Below are positions 37,773 to 48,867 of a DNA stretch of 64,000 nucleotides, piece after piece. Origin of the DNA: Escherichia coli 042. Lineage in GTDB: Bacteria > Pseudomonadota > Gammaproteobacteria > Enterobacterales > Enterobacteriaceae. The notes beneath the pieces are model-generated. The model had not been told where the DNA came from and did no database searches. It was given only the letters and a program-made list of their open reading frames with translations. Made by a program: the position numbers and the translations under genes. The stretch lies in NCBI RefSeq assembly GCF_000027125.1, contig NC_017626.1. The stretch is one strand, 5' to 3'. Each line of letters begins with the position of its first letter. Position 1 is the stretch's first letter.

Positions 37773-39567
37773 GCACCCACTCTCCAGACGCGGAACCCCC
37801 GTCGTCGCGCCACACGCGCGCGGCCATTTGCGCCTGCCACAGCGCCTGATAACGTCCATGATGTGAGAGCAATTGCGCATGAGTACCCTGCTCAACCACC
37901 TGTCCCTCTTCCATCACCAGAATGTTTCCGGCCCCGGCGATGGTGGATAAACGGTGAGCGATGATAATCACCGTCCGGTTGTGAACCAGGTTATCGATCG
38001 CTTTTTGCACCGCCAGCTCGCTTTCAATATCCAGCGCGGCAGTCGGTTCATCGAGAATGACGACCGGCGCGTTTTTCAATAACGCTCTGGCAATGGAAAT
38101 CCGCTGGCGCTCGCCGCCCGATAGCTGGCCGCCCATCTCTCCCATTGGCGTCAGCCAGCCTTGCGGAAGACGGGAAATAAACTCAAGGCACTGCGCCGCG
38201 CGGGCGGCCTCTTCTACCTCCTGCCGCGTCGCCTGTGGGCGCGCGATACGGATATTCGCCAGCAGCGTGTCATCAAACAGCCAGACATCCTGGAAAACAA
38301 CAGAAATCAGGCTATTGAGCTGTTCCGGCGTCAGGCGGCGAATATCGACGCCGCCAATAGAAATCTGCCCTTGCTGCGGATCGGCATAGCGCATTAACAG
38401 TTTGGTGACGGTAGTTTTGCCTGCGCCGGAGGCACCCACCAGCGCGCTCATACTGGCTGCCGGGAACGTCAAAGAAACATGATTAAGCGCGTGGCCGTCG
38501 CCTTCTTCGTAGCGATAGCTGACGTTGTCAAAGCGGATATCGTAACGTTCCGGCATCTCGCTTTGCTCTGCGACGGGAAGCGGTGCTATCGCCATAAACT
38601 GCTCAATCCGTTGCAGGGCGCTGGCGATCAGTTCCACAACCGAGGTGTAGCTGATAAACATCGCCATCGGTTCTGCGAAGCGCATAATCATCGCGACGGC
38701 GGCAATCAAAAAGGCGAGGTTCAGAGTGCCCGTCACTACCCAGACGATCCCGGATAACACCACCACCTGTAGGCCCAACTCCACGACGCTGGCGATCAGC
38801 ATCGTCGCGCCAGCGCCCTGACGGTGAGTGCGGGTCTGTAAGTTTTCCAGCGCATTGAAATGCGCCAGCAGCGCCCGGCTTTTATCGGCATCGCTGCCGC
38901 AGGTGCGCAATACCATCATCCCCTGAGCAAATTCAACGATATCGCCGCTCAGACGCTGGTGCGCTTCCCCCAGCGTCTGCATTTGTCGCCGCATCGCCGG
39001 GCGGCGCCAGTAATAAAACGGCACCAGCAGAGGGAAGATCAGCAACATCACCAGCCCCAGCCGCCAGTCTATCCACAATGTCGCCAGCGACGCCGTCAGC
39101 GGCGTGACAATGGTGAGCAGCAAAATATTGGCTATCGCAATAACATAATTGAGGTTTTCATCCACGCTGCCCAGCAGCAAGGCGTTCATTTCACCCGCCC
39201 TGCCGCGCTGGAGCTTCTCCAGCGGCACGCGGCGTAACTGCTCGCCAAGTCGCAGGCGCAACTCATGGGTAGCCTGCGCCAGATGACCACGGTATTCAAA
39301 GCCCAGGCCATACCAGCGTAGCACCAGCGTCACAATTGCGGCGACGCTGAAGGCCATAGCCCAGTTAAGAAGTTGCGGCGCGTCTCCCCGTAACAGCGCA
39401 TCAATGATCGGATAAAGACAGGCAAAGGCGATCCCCTGCATGAATGCCGCCAGCAACAGCGCCAGCATACTGCGTCGCAGCATCCTGGCCTGACTGCCAA
39501 CGCTGGAGATAAGCTGGCGCCAGATGACGCGCCAGGCCAGGTTATCCGCAGGATTATTGTCTTTCAT
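37765..39567 (-). CDS. ybtQ: yersiniabactin ABC transporter permease/ATPase YbtQ (Irp7)
   Basis: ~600 aa fused TMD-NBD ABC exporter (Walker A GASGAGKTT, signature LSGGERQR); ORF 37765-39594. Confidence 0.9.
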   Translation of the reverse strand: MKDNNPADNLAWRVIWRQLISSVGSQARMLRRSMLALLLAAFMQGIAFACLYPIIDALLRGDAPQLLNWAMAFSVAAIVTLVLRWYGLGFEYRGHLAQATHELRLRLGEQLRRVPLEKLQRGRAGEMNALLLGSVDENLNYVIAIANILLLTIVTPLTASLATLWIDWRLGLVMLLIFPLLVPFYYWRRPAMRRQMQTLGEAHQRLSGDIVEFAQGMMVLRTCGSDADKSRALLAHFNALENLQTRTHRQGAGATMLIASVVELGLQVVVLSGIVWVVTGTLNLAFLIAAVAMIMRFAEPMAMFISYTSVVELIASALQRIEQFMAIAPLPVAEQSEMPERYDIRFDNVSYRYEEGDGHALNHVSLTFPAASMSALVGASGAGKTTVTKLLMRYADPQQGQISIGGVDIRRLTPEQLNSLISVVFQDVWLFDDTLLANIRIARPQATRQEVEEAARAAQCLEFISRLPQGWLTPMGEMGGQLSGGERQRISIARALLKNAPVVILDEPTAALDIESELAVQKAIDNLVHNRTVIIIAHRLSTIAGAGNILVMEEGQVVEQGTHAQLLSHHGRYQALWQAQMAARVWRDDGGSASGEWVHE

Positions 39568-41356
39568 TTTCCACCACCTCTTCCTGTGTTCCACCCGGCA
39601 CCCAATGCTGCGCCTGCTGATAGTGTTGCCAGAGCCGTTGATACAGGCCGCCCTGCGCCAACAGTTGCGTATGGTTCCCCATTTCCCTGAGCTGTCCGTC
39701 GGAAAACAGCAATATCACATCGGCCTGAGTCACCATTGAGAGACGATGCGCGACCATGATGACCGTCCGGCCACGCATGGCCGCCGCGAGCGCCTTGATA
39801 AGCGCCGCTTCGTTTTCCGGGTCAGCAAACGCCGTCGCCTCATCGAGCACCAGGATGGGGCGATCCTGCAAAAGCGCCCGGGCGATAGTAATGCGCTGCC
39901 GCTGGCCGCCGGAGAGAAATACCCCACGTTCCCCGACTCGAGTGTTGTAACCTTCTGGCAGAGCGCTAATAAAATCATGGGCCTGCGCCACTCTGGCCGC
40001 CGCTATAACCGCCTCCAGCGGCGTATCCGGCGCGCCCAGACGAATGTTATTGGCTATCGTGTCGGCAAAAAGGAAGTTGTCCTGAAACACAAACGAGAGT
40101 TGCTTCATCAGGGTGTCCGTCTGCATATCACGCAGATCCACGCCGCCAATACGGATATGGCCTTTGTCCGGGTCGGCGTAACGCAGCAGCAAGCGCGCCA
40201 CGGTGCTTTTTCCGGCGCCGCTTGGCCCGACCAGCGCCACAATTTGCCCGGCAGGCACATGAAAGCTCACCTCCTGCAACGCGGCGCCAGTACGCGCTTG
40301 CGGATAATGAAAGCTCACCTGCTCAAAGGTAATGCTCGCCTCTTGCGGCTGCTGGTCAGACTGCGGCAGCGATAACTCCGGCATCGCGAGAACCTGATAA
40401 ATACGCTGAATGCTTAAACGCGTTTGCGCGACCAGGTTATTGAGCATCATCATTGGCATTACGGCTTCGGCCATTCCGCTGCCCAGCAGTAAAACGGCCA
40501 CCCACGCGATAAAATCGAAACTGCCATAGTGCAACAGGCCGTATCCCGACCAGATCAGGACAAACAGGGTCGGGAGAGGATTCAGAATCGAGAAGGAAAA
40601 ACGCGCTGAAAAACCGGCTTTGCGATACCAGGTTTTGAGCACATCGACCCACTCTTCAAGGGCGCGTTGATAGCGCAAAAAACTGGTGCTGCCGCTATCA
40701 AACGTTCTCACCACGGGCATGGCCTGCACGAACTCAATAACCGCCGCGCTAACCTGCTCGCGCGCCTTATGATAACGCTGAGCCATATTTTCCGAACGCT
40801 GGCGGGCGAGCACGAGAACAACCGATCCAAACGCCAGTACCCCCAGCGTCGCGATTGCCAGCCGCCAGTCCAGCCAGAACAAGATAACGATTGTCGCCAG
40901 CGGCATGATGATCGCGCGGGCATAGAGCGGCGTGCTGTCGGCCACAAAAATATGTAACGACTTCACGTCATCCAGCATCACTTTCGCCACTGACCCGCTG
41001 CCCATTTGCTGTAACACGCCAGGCGGAAGCTGCAATGCTTTACGGGCTAACCTGCTGCGCAGAATGTTCTCCAGATGAAAAGCCGCGTAATGAGAGGTGT
41101 TGAACGCCTGTAAGCGCAGAACAAAAGTTAAGACCACGCAGCCGATCACGCCGCCCAGCGGCCAGGCCGGAATAGCGTCAGGCGTCGCGCGAATGTCACG
41201 CAGGCTCCACGCCAGAAAAAGGAGCGCCCCCAGGCTGGTTAATGCCGCCAGCCCCGCCAGCGCCATAGCTAAAATAACCTTCCTGCGAACCGGTGTAATC
41301 ACCTGCCAGAGAGGAAATCGGGACAGCGATTCAGTATTGGATGATTGAGATGACAT
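39554..41356 (-). CDS. ybtP: yersiniabactin ABC transporter permease/ATPase YbtP (Irp6)
   Basis: 600 aa fused TMD-NBD ABC protein (GPSGAGKST, LSGGQRQR). Confidence 0.9.
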   Translation of the reverse strand: MSSQSSNTESLSRFPLWQVITPVRRKVILAMALAGLAALTSLGALLFLAWSLRDIRATPDAIPAWPLGGVIGCVVLTFVLRLQAFNTSHYAAFHLENILRSRLARKALQLPPGVLQQMGSGSVAKVMLDDVKSLHIFVADSTPLYARAIIMPLATIVILFWLDWRLAIATLGVLAFGSVVLVLARQRSENMAQRYHKAREQVSAAVIEFVQAMPVVRTFDSGSTSFLRYQRALEEWVDVLKTWYRKAGFSARFSFSILNPLPTLFVLIWSGYGLLHYGSFDFIAWVAVLLLGSGMAEAVMPMMMLNNLVAQTRLSIQRIYQVLAMPELSLPQSDQQPQEASITFEQVSFHYPQARTGAALQEVSFHVPAGQIVALVGPSGAGKSTVARLLLRYADPDKGHIRIGGVDLRDMQTDTLMKQLSFVFQDNFLFADTIANNIRLGAPDTPLEAVIAAARVAQAHDFISALPEGYNTRVGERGVFLSGGQRQRITIARALLQDRPILVLDEATAFADPENEAALIKALAAAMRGRTVIMVAHRLSMVTQADVILLFSDGQLREMGNHTQLLAQGGLYQRLWQHYQQAQHWVPGGTQEEVVENERQ

Positions 41357-41434
41357 GGGAGTAACTGAATTTCCTGATGAATTTTTACGGACGCCAAAAA
41401 CGACAATTCAGGGTGGCGTTCTGAGAATTAATGT

Positions 41435-41451
41435 GAATAATAACCATTATC
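41435..41451. promoter_or_regulatory. Fur box-like site in ybtP-ybtA divergent promoter region
   Basis: GAATAATAACCATTATC resembles Fur consensus GATAATGATAATCATTATC. Confidence 0.6.
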
Positions 41452-41522
41452 AATAACTCATCTACCCCATTCGGTTCTATTTATACCCGCATTGGTCTAA
41501 GCCACAGGGAGATAACCAGGTC

Positions 41523-42482
41523 ATGACGGAGTCACCGCAAACGCAATCTGAAATCTCTATTCACCAGTTGGTGGTCGGGAAACCTGCAAACGATGGCAAT
41601 ATTCCTGCTCAGTGTGAACTGCTGCGCTGTTCGTTGCAGGAAGGTATGGATATTTTGCTCTGGAGGGGCCATTTTGCGCGGCCAGAGACGTTGCAGCTAC
41701 ACGACGATCTGGGCAGGATTAACTTCTCGTGCATCCTGGAAGGCACATCGCGCTTTGCGATTCAGGGACTCCGGCGCCACACCGACTGGGAGCTTGCGCG
41801 CAATCGCCATTACATTACCCATACGCCAGACTGTCGCGGCAGCGCCTCCTATTGTGGCCGATTCGAGAGCATTACCCTCTCCTTCAGCCCTGAAACCCTC
41901 GCGCTGTGGGTGCCGGATATTAGCGCGGTCATTAAGAATAAGATCGACTCCCACTGCTGTTGCCAGCAGCAGCGTTGTAATGCTGAAACCCACTTAACGG
42001 CTCAGGCCTTGCGTCACGCGCTGATGCGCATGCACGGCGGCTTCAGTCATGAACAAAAGCCGTCGACGCTATGGTTGCAGGGGCAAAGTCTGGTCATGCT
42101 CAGCCTGGTGCTGGATGAACATCGCGAAGACGCCAGTTGCCTCTCCTGCCACTTCAACCCGATGGAACGCCAGAAACTGCTGCGGGCGAAGGATCTGCTG
42201 CTGGCTGATCTGACGCAAGCGCCGGGCGTCGCGGAGCTGGCCAGAGAGTCCGGTCTGAGCGTTCTCAAAATTAAGCGAGGCTTCCGCGTTCTGTTCAACA
42301 ACAGCGTCTATGGCCTGTTTCAGGCTGAACGAATGCAGGAAGCCAGAAGACGCCTGGCCAACGGCAATACCTCCGTCATGACGGTGGCGGCCGATCTGGG
42401 CTATGCCAACGCCAGCCATTTCTCTGCCGCCTTCCAGAAACAGTTTGGCGTAACTCCTTCGACCTTTAAACGCGGGATGTAA
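41523..42482 (+). CDS. ybtA: AraC-family transcriptional activator YbtA
   Basis: 319 aa; C-terminal AraC HTH; divergent from ybtP. Confidence 0.9.
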   Translation: MTESPQTQSEISIHQLVVGKPANDGNIPAQCELLRCSLQEGMDILLWRGHFARPETLQLHDDLGRINFSCILEGTSRFAIQGLRRHTDWELARNRHYITHTPDCRGSASYCGRFESITLSFSPETLALWVPDISAVIKNKIDSHCCCQQQRCNAETHLTAQALRHALMRMHGGFSHEQKPSTLWLQGQSLVMLSLVLDEHREDASCLSCHFNPMERQKLLRAKDLLLADLTQAPGVAELARESGLSVLKIKRGFRVLFNNSVYGLFQAERMQEARRRLANGNTSVMTVAADLGYANASHFSAAFQKQFGVTPSTFKRGM

Positions 42483-42573
42483 CCGGGGTCGCGCCCCCCT
42501 AAACTCCTCCCTGACAGAGGCCCGGATACCCCATCCGGGCCTCTGTTCTTTCCGTCTGTTACCAACCCGAAAC

Positions 42574-42640
42574 GGGCATAAATAAACCCGTTTCGGGTAG
42601 CATCCAATTGTTAATAATTATTATTCTCATATGAGTAATG
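42574..42640. promoter_or_regulatory. irp2 promoter: YbtA-binding inverted repeat plus AT-rich Fur-like box
   Basis: CCCGAAACGGG...AACCCGTTTCGGGTAG inverted repeat (42576-42610) followed by TTAATAATTATTATTCTCAT; same repeat upstream of fyuA. Confidence 0.65.
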
Positions 42641-42672
42641 CTTTTCGGTAAGACGTGCCATCAGGAGGAAGA

Positions 42673-45600
42673 ATGATTTCTGGCGCACCATCTCAGGATT
42701 CGCTGTTACCGGACAACCGCCACGCGGCTGATTACCAACAATTACGCGAGCGGCTCATACAGGAACTGAATTTAACGCCGCAGCAGTTACATGAAGAGAG
42801 CAACCTGATCCAGGCCGGCCTGGATTCCATAAGATTGATGAGATGGTTACACTGGTTTCGTAAAAATGGCTACCGCCTTACCCTTCGCGAGCTGTATGCC
42901 GCCCCCACGCTGGCGGCATGGAACCAGTTAATGCTCAGCCGGTCGCCGGAGAACGCGGAAGAAGAAACGCCGCCCGACGAATCATCCTGGCCGAACATGA
43001 CCGAAAGTACCCCCTTCCCATTGACGCCAGTACAGCACGCCTACCTGACGGGCCGCATGCCGGGGCAGACGCTTGGCGGCGTGGGTTGCCACCTGTATCA
43101 GGAGTTTGAAGGCCATTGTCTGACGGCGTCGCAGCTGGAGCAGGCCATCACGACCTTGCTGCAACGCCACCCAATGCTGCATATCGCCTTTCGCCCCGAC
43201 GGGCAGCAGGTCTGGCTACCGCAACCTTACTGGAACGGCGTCACCGTTCATGATTTACGCCATAACGACGCTGAAAGCCGCCAGGCCTATCTGGACGCAC
43301 TGCGCCAGCGCCTGAGCCACCGTCTTTTACGCGTGGAAATCGGCGAAACGTTTGATTTTCAGCTGACGCTCTTGCCGGACAATCGCCACCGCCTCCATGT
43401 CAATATTGACCTGCTGATTATGGATGCCTCCAGCTTTACGCTTTTCTTCGATGAGCTTAACGCCCTGCTGGCCGGAGAATCGCTGCCGGCTATCGACACC
43501 CGCTATGATTTCCGCTCGTATTTGCTGCACCAGCAGAAGATCAATCAACCACTGAGAGACGACGCGCGCGCTTACTGGCTGGCGAAAGCATCGACGCTTC
43601 CCCCCGCGCCCGTCTTGCCGCTGGCCTGCGAACCCGCCACGCTATGTGAAGTCCGTAATACCCGACGCCGCATGATTGTCCCGGCAACACGCTGGCACGC
43701 CTTTAGCAACCGGGCCGGCGAGTATGGCGTGACGCCGACAATGGCACTGGCGACCTGTTTTTCTGCCGTGCTGGCTCGCTGGGGCGGCCTGACGCGTCTG
43801 CTGCTTAACATCACCTTATTCGACCGCCAGCCGCTGCACCCGGCGGTTGGCGCGATGCTTGCCGACTTCACCAATATTCTTCTGCTGGATACCGCCTGCG
43901 ATGGCGATACCGTCAGCAACCTGGCGCGTAAAAACCAGCTCACGTTTACGGAGGACTGGGAGCATCGCCACTGGTCCGGCGTCGAATTACTCCGTGAACT
44001 CAAACGCCAGCAGCGCTACCCCCACGGCGCCCCGGTGGTATTTACCAGCAATCTGGGGCGTTCCCTCTACAGCAGCCGCGCAGAATCGCCGTTGGGCGAG
44101 CCGGAATGGGGCATCTCGCAAACGCCGCAGGTCTGGATAGATCATCTGGCGTTCGAGCATCACGGCGAGGTCTGGCTACAATGGGACAGCAACGACGCGC
44201 TGTTCCCTCCGGCGTTAGTCGAAACATTGTTCGACGCCTACTGCCAGTTGATTAACCAACTCTGCGATGACGAAAGCGCCTGGCAAAAGTCGTTCGCAGA
44301 TATGATGCCCGCCAGCCAGCGCGCGATACGCGAACGGGTCAACGCCACCGGCGCCCCCATTCCCGAAGGCTTGCTGCATGAAGGCATTTTCCGTATCGCT
44401 CTGCAACAGCCGCAGGCGCTGGCGGTAACGGACATGCGTTATCAGTGGAATTATCATGAGCTGACAGACTATGCCCGCCGTTGCGCGGGCAGGTTAATCG
44501 AGTGCGGGGTTCAGCCCGGCGATAATGTGGCTATCACGATGTCGAAAGGCGCAGGACAACTTGTTGCGGTTCTGGCCGTCCTGCTGGCCGGGGCGGTTTA
44601 CGTTCCGGTTTCGCTGGATCAGCCTGCCGCACGGCGCGAGAAAATCTACGCTGACGCCAGCGTCCGGCTGGTGCTCATTTGTCAGCACGACGCCAGCGCC
44701 GGGTCAGACGATATTCCCGTCCTTGCCTGGCAGCAGGCCATTGAGGCGGAGCCGATCGCCAACCCGGTAGTACGCGCCCCCACGCAACCGGCCTACATTA
44801 TCTACACCTCCGGCTCTACCGGTACGCCGAAAGGGGTAGTCATTTCTCACCGGGGAGCGCTTAACACCTGTTGCGATATCAATACCCGCTATCAGGTTGG
44901 CCCGCATGACAGGGTGCTGGCCCTCTCCGCCCTACATTTTGATTTATCGGTTTACGACATTTTTGGCGTACTGCGCGCGGGCGGCGCGCTGGTGATGGTG
45001 ATGGAAAATCAACGGCGCGATCCTCACGCATGGTGTGAGCTGATCCAGCGCCATCAGGTCACGCTCTGGAACAGCGTCCCGGCGCTGTTCGATATGCTGC
45101 TGACCTGGTGTGAAGGTTTCGCCGACGCCACGCCGGAAAACCTGCGCGCAGTGATGCTTTCCGGCGACTGGATCGGGCTTGACCTCCCCGCCCGTTATCG
45201 GGCCTTCCGGCCACAAGGACAATTTATCGCGATGGGCGGTGCCACCGAGGCGTCTATCTGGTCTAACGCCTGCGAAATTCACGACGTCCCCGCCCACTGG
45301 CGCTCCATCCCTTACGGTTTTCCGCTAACCAACCAACGCTACCGGGTGGTGGATGAACAGGGCCGGGACTGCCCTGACTGGGTGCCGGGTGAATTATGGA
45401 TTGGCGGCATTGGGGTCGCGGAAGGCTATTTCAACGATCCCCTGCGTAGCGAGCAGCAATTTTTGACGCTCCCGGACGAGCGCTGGTATCGCACCGGCGA
45501 TCTCGGCTGCTACTGGCCAGATGGCACAATCGAGTTCCTCGGTCGTCGCGACAAGCAGGTCAAAGTCGGAGGATATCGCATCGAGCTGGGCGAAATCGAA

Positions 45601-48600
45601 AGCGCGCTCAGCCAGCTGGCGGGGGTGAAACAAGCAACCGTTCTGGCGATCGGCGAAAAAGAAAAAACGCTGGCGGCATACGTTGTTCCTCAGGGCGAGG
45701 CTTTTTGCGTTACCGATCATCGGAACCCGGCACTGCCGCAGGCGTGGCACACGCTTGCGGGAACGTTGCCCTGTTGCGCCATCTCGCCAGAGATCTCCGC
45801 AGAACAGGTAGCCGATTTCCTTCAGCATCGCCTGCTAAAACTGAAGCCGGGTCACACCGCTGGCGCCGATCCTCTCCCCCTGATGAACTCACTCGCTATC
45901 CAGCCGCGCTGGCAGGCCGTGGTGGAACGCTGGTTAGCATTTCTGGTGACACAACGGCGACTGAAGCCCGCTGCTGAAGGTTATCAGGTCTGCGCTGGTG
46001 AAGAACGCGAGGATGAGCACCCGCACTTCAGCGGACATGATTTAACGTTATCGCAAATTCTTCGCGGTGCCCGTAACGAACTGTCGTTACTGAACGACGC
46101 GCAGTGGTCGCCAGAAAGCCTGGCCTTTAACCATCCGGCCAGCGCCCCGTATATTCAGGAACTGGCGACAATTTGCCAACAGCTTGCACAGCGCTTACAG
46201 CGCCCGGTGCGCCTGCTTGAGGTGGGAACCCGCACTGGCCGCGCCGCAGAATCGCTGTTAGCACAGCTCAACGCCGGACAGATTGAGTATGTCGGGCTTG
46301 AGCAGAGCCAGGAGATGCTGCTGAGCGCCCGGCAGAGGCTCGCCCCCTGGCCTGGCGCCCGTCTGTCCCTCTGGAATGCAGACACGCTGGCGGCGCACGC
46401 TCACTCGGCGGACATTATCTGGCTTAATAACGCCCTGCATCGTCTGCTGCCGGAAGATCCCGGGCTCCTTGCGACATTACAACAGCTTGCCGTTCCCGGC
46501 GCGCTGCTCTACGTGATGGAGTTTCGCCAGTTAACGCCGTCCGCCCTACTCAGCACGCTCCTGTTAACCAATGGGCAGCCGGAGGCCTTGCTGCATAACA
46601 GCGCCGACTGGGCGGCATTATTTAGCGCGGCCGCCTTCAACTGTCAGCATGGCGATGAGGTCGCGGGGTTACAACGCTTCCTCGTACAATGTCCTGACAG
46701 GCAGGTGCGCCGCGATCCCCGTCAACTTCAGGCCGCCCTCGCCGGGCGTCTGCCGGGGTGGATGGTGCCGCAACGGATCGTCTTCCTCGACGCCTTACCG
46801 CTGACGGCTAACGGGAAAATTGACTACCAGGCGCTGAAGCGTCGTCATACCCCTGAAGCGGAAAACCCGGCCGAAGCGGATTTACCCCAGGGCGACATTG
46901 AAAAACAGGTTGCCGCCCTCTGGCAGCAACTCTTATCAACTGGCAATGTCACCAGAGAAACCGACTTCTTCCAGCAAGGCGGCGATAGCCTGCTGGCGAC
47001 CCGTCTGACCGGGCAACTTCATCAGGCAGGTTATGAAGCGCAATTAAGCGACCTGTTTAATCATCCCCGGCTGGCGGATTTTGCCGCCACGCTGCGGAAA
47101 ACCGACGTCCCGGTCGAACAACCATTCGTCCACTCCCCTGAAGATCGCTACCAGCCCTTTGCGCTTACCGACGTGCAGCAGGCTTACCTGGTGGGGCGTC
47201 AGCCGGGCTTTGCCCTGGGCGGCGTCGGCTCACATTTCTTTGTTGAATTTGAAATTGCCGATCTGGATCTCACCCGGTTGGAGACGGTCTGGAACCGATT
47301 AATCGCCCGCCACGATATGCTACGCGCCGTCGTGCGTGATGGACAGCAACAGGTGCTCGAACAGACGCCTCGCTGGGTAATACCCGCACACATCCTCCAT
47401 ACGCCTGAAGAGGCGTTGCAGGTGCGCGAAAAACTGGCCCATCAGGTACTCAACCCCGAAGTCTGGCCGGTATTCGATCTCCAGGTCGGTTACGTTGACG
47501 GGATGCCCGCCCGCCTGTGGCTGTGTCTGGATAACCTGTTACTTGACGGGCTGAGCATGCAGATTCTGTTGGCGGAGCTGGAGCACGGCTACCGCTACCC
47601 GCAACAGCTGCTTCCGCCGCTGCCCGTCACCTTCAGGGATTATCTGCAACAACCCTCGCTACAGTCGCCCAATCCAGATTCTCTGGCATGGTGGCAGGCG
47701 CAGCTTGATGATATTCCTCCGGCGCCTGCGTTGCCGCTGCGCTGCTTGCCTCAGGAGGTTGAAACACCGCGCTTCGCCCGCCTGAACGGCGCACTGGACA
47801 GCACGCGCTGGCATCGGCTGAAAAAACGGGCGGCTGACGCCCATCTCACCCCGTCGGCCGTACTGTTGTCGGTGTGGTCAACGGTTCTCTCTGCATGGAG
47901 TGCACAGCCTGAGTTCACGCTTAACCTTACGCTTTTCGACAGGCGACCGCTGCACCCGCAAATCAACCAGATTCTGGGCGATTTCACCTCGCTGATGCTG
48001 CTGAGCTGGCATCCCGGCGAAAGCTGGCTGCACAGCGCGCAGTCACTACAGCAGCGGCTGAGCCAGAACCTCAACCACCGCGATGTGTCAGCCATCCGCG
48101 TGATGCGTCAACTGGCGCAACGGCAAAACGTGCCTGCCGTTCCGATGCCCGTCGTCTTTACCAGCGCACTGGGCTTTGAGCAGGATAACTTCCTCGCCCG
48201 GCGTAATCTGCTCAAACCGGTCTGGGGCATCTCCCAGACGCCGCAGGTCTGGCTCGATCACCAGATTTATGAATCCGAAGGCGAACTGCGCTTTAACTGG
48301 GATTTTGTCGCCGCGCTGTTTCCTGCCGGGCAGGTGGAGCGCCAGTTTGAACAGTATTGCGCATTGCTAAACCGAATGGCCGAGGATGAAAGCGGCTGGC
48401 AACTGCCGCTCGCCGCGCTGGTGCCTCCCGTTAAACACGCAGGGCAATGCGCAGAGCGCTCACCGCGCGTATGCCCTGAGCACTCTCAGCCACACATTGC
48501 GGCGGACGAGAGCACCGTCAGCCTGATTTGCGACGCCTTCCGCGAGGTGGTTGGCGAGTCTGTCACGCCCGCAGAAAACTTCTTTGAGGCGGGCGCAACG

Positions 48601-48780
48601 TCGCTGAATCTGGTGCAACTGCACGTTTTGTTACAACGTCACGAATTTTCCACCCTGACGTTGCTTGACCTCTTCACCCACCCTTCTCCTGCTGCCCTGG
48701 CCGATTATCTGGCCGGCGTCGCCACGGTGGAGAAAACAAAACGACCTCGCCCTGTTCGCCGTCGTCAGCGGCGGATATAG
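42673..48780 (+). CDS. irp2: yersiniabactin NRPS HMWP2
   Basis: ~2035 aa; ArCP, cyclisation domains, adenylation domain (SGSTGTPKG), embedded methyltransferase, PCP domains; ORF 42655-48780. Confidence 0.9.
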   Translation: MISGAPSQDSLLPDNRHAADYQQLRERLIQELNLTPQQLHEESNLIQAGLDSIRLMRWLHWFRKNGYRLTLRELYAAPTLAAWNQLMLSRSPENAEEETPPDESSWPNMTESTPFPLTPVQHAYLTGRMPGQTLGGVGCHLYQEFEGHCLTASQLEQAITTLLQRHPMLHIAFRPDGQQVWLPQPYWNGVTVHDLRHNDAESRQAYLDALRQRLSHRLLRVEIGETFDFQLTLLPDNRHRLHVNIDLLIMDASSFTLFFDELNALLAGESLPAIDTRYDFRSYLLHQQKINQPLRDDARAYWLAKASTLPPAPVLPLACEPATLCEVRNTRRRMIVPATRWHAFSNRAGEYGVTPTMALATCFSAVLARWGGLTRLLLNITLFDRQPLHPAVGAMLADFTNILLLDTACDGDTVSNLARKNQLTFTEDWEHRHWSGVELLRELKRQQRYPHGAPVVFTSNLGRSLYSSRAESPLGEPEWGISQTPQVWIDHLAFEHHGEVWLQWDSNDALFPPALVETLFDAYCQLINQLCDDESAWQKSFADMMPASQRAIRERVNATGAPIPEGLLHEGIFRIALQQPQALAVTDMRYQWNYHELTDYARRCAGRLIECGVQPGDNVAITMSKGAGQLVAVLAVLLAGAVYVPVSLDQPAARREKIYADASVRLVLICQHDASAGSDDIPVLAWQQAIEAEPIANPVVRAPTQPAYIIYTSGSTGTPKGVVISHRGALNTCCDINTRYQVGPHDRVLALSALHFDLSVYDIFGVLRAGGALVMVMENQRRDPHAWCELIQRHQVTLWNSVPALFDMLLTWCEGFADATPENLRAVMLSGDWIGLDLPARYRAFRPQGQFIAMGGATEASIWSNACEIHDVPAHWRSIPYGFPLTNQRYRVVDEQGRDCPDWVPGELWIGGIGVAEGYFNDPLRSEQQFLTLPDERWYRTGDLGCYWPDGTIEFLGRRDKQVKVGGYRIELGEIESALSQLAGVKQATVLAIGEKEKTLAAYVVPQGEAFCVTDHRNPALPQAWHTLAGTLPCCAISPEISAEQVADFLQHRLLKLKPGHTAGADPLPLMNSLAIQPRWQAVVERWLAFLVTQRRLKPAAEGYQVCAGEEREDEHPHFSGHDLTLSQILRGARNELSLLNDAQWSPESLAFNHPASAPYIQELATICQQLAQRLQRPVRLLEVGTRTGRAAESLLAQLNAGQIEYVGLEQSQEMLLSARQRLAPWPGARLSLWNADTLAAHAHSADIIWLNNALHRLLPEDPGLLATLQQLAVPGALLYVMEFRQLTPSALLSTLLLTNGQPEALLHNSADWAALFSAAAFNCQHGDEVAGLQRFLVQCPDRQVRRDPRQLQAALAGRLPGWMVPQRIVFLDALPLTANGKIDYQALKRRHTPEAENPAEADLPQGDIEKQVAALWQQLLSTGNVTRETDFFQQGGDSLLATRLTGQLHQAGYEAQLSDLFNHPRLADFAATLRKTDVPVEQPFVHSPEDRYQPFALTDVQQAYLVGRQPGFALGGVGSHFFVEFEIADLDLTRLETVWNRLIARHDMLRAVVRDGQQQVLEQTPRWVIPAHILHTPEEALQVREKLAHQVLNPEVWPVFDLQVGYVDGMPARLWLCLDNLLLDGLSMQILLAELEHGYRYPQQLLPPLPVTFRDYLQQPSLQSPNPDSLAWWQAQLDDIPPAPALPLRCLPQEVETPRFARLNGALDSTRWHRLKKRAADAHLTPSAVLLSVWSTVLSAWSAQPEFTLNLTLFDRRPLHPQINQILGDFTSLMLLSWHPGESWLHSAQSLQQRLSQNLNHRDVSAIRVMRQLAQRQNVPAVPMPVVFTSALGFEQDNFLARRNLLKPVWGISQTPQVWLDHQIYESEGELRFNWDFVAALFPAGQVERQFEQYCALLNRMAEDESGWQLPLAALVPPVKHAGQCAERSPRVCPEHSQPHIAADESTVSLICDAFREVVGESVTPAENFFEAGATSLNLVQLHVLLQRHEFSTLTLLDLFTHPSPAALADYLAGVATVEKTKRPRPVRRRQRRI

Positions 48781-48867
48781 CGCGAAGCAAACTGATTTTC
48801 CCCGGAACGCCATCGCGAACGCATGGCGTTCCATTGACTTTGTGAATCTTAGGAAACGGGACCGATT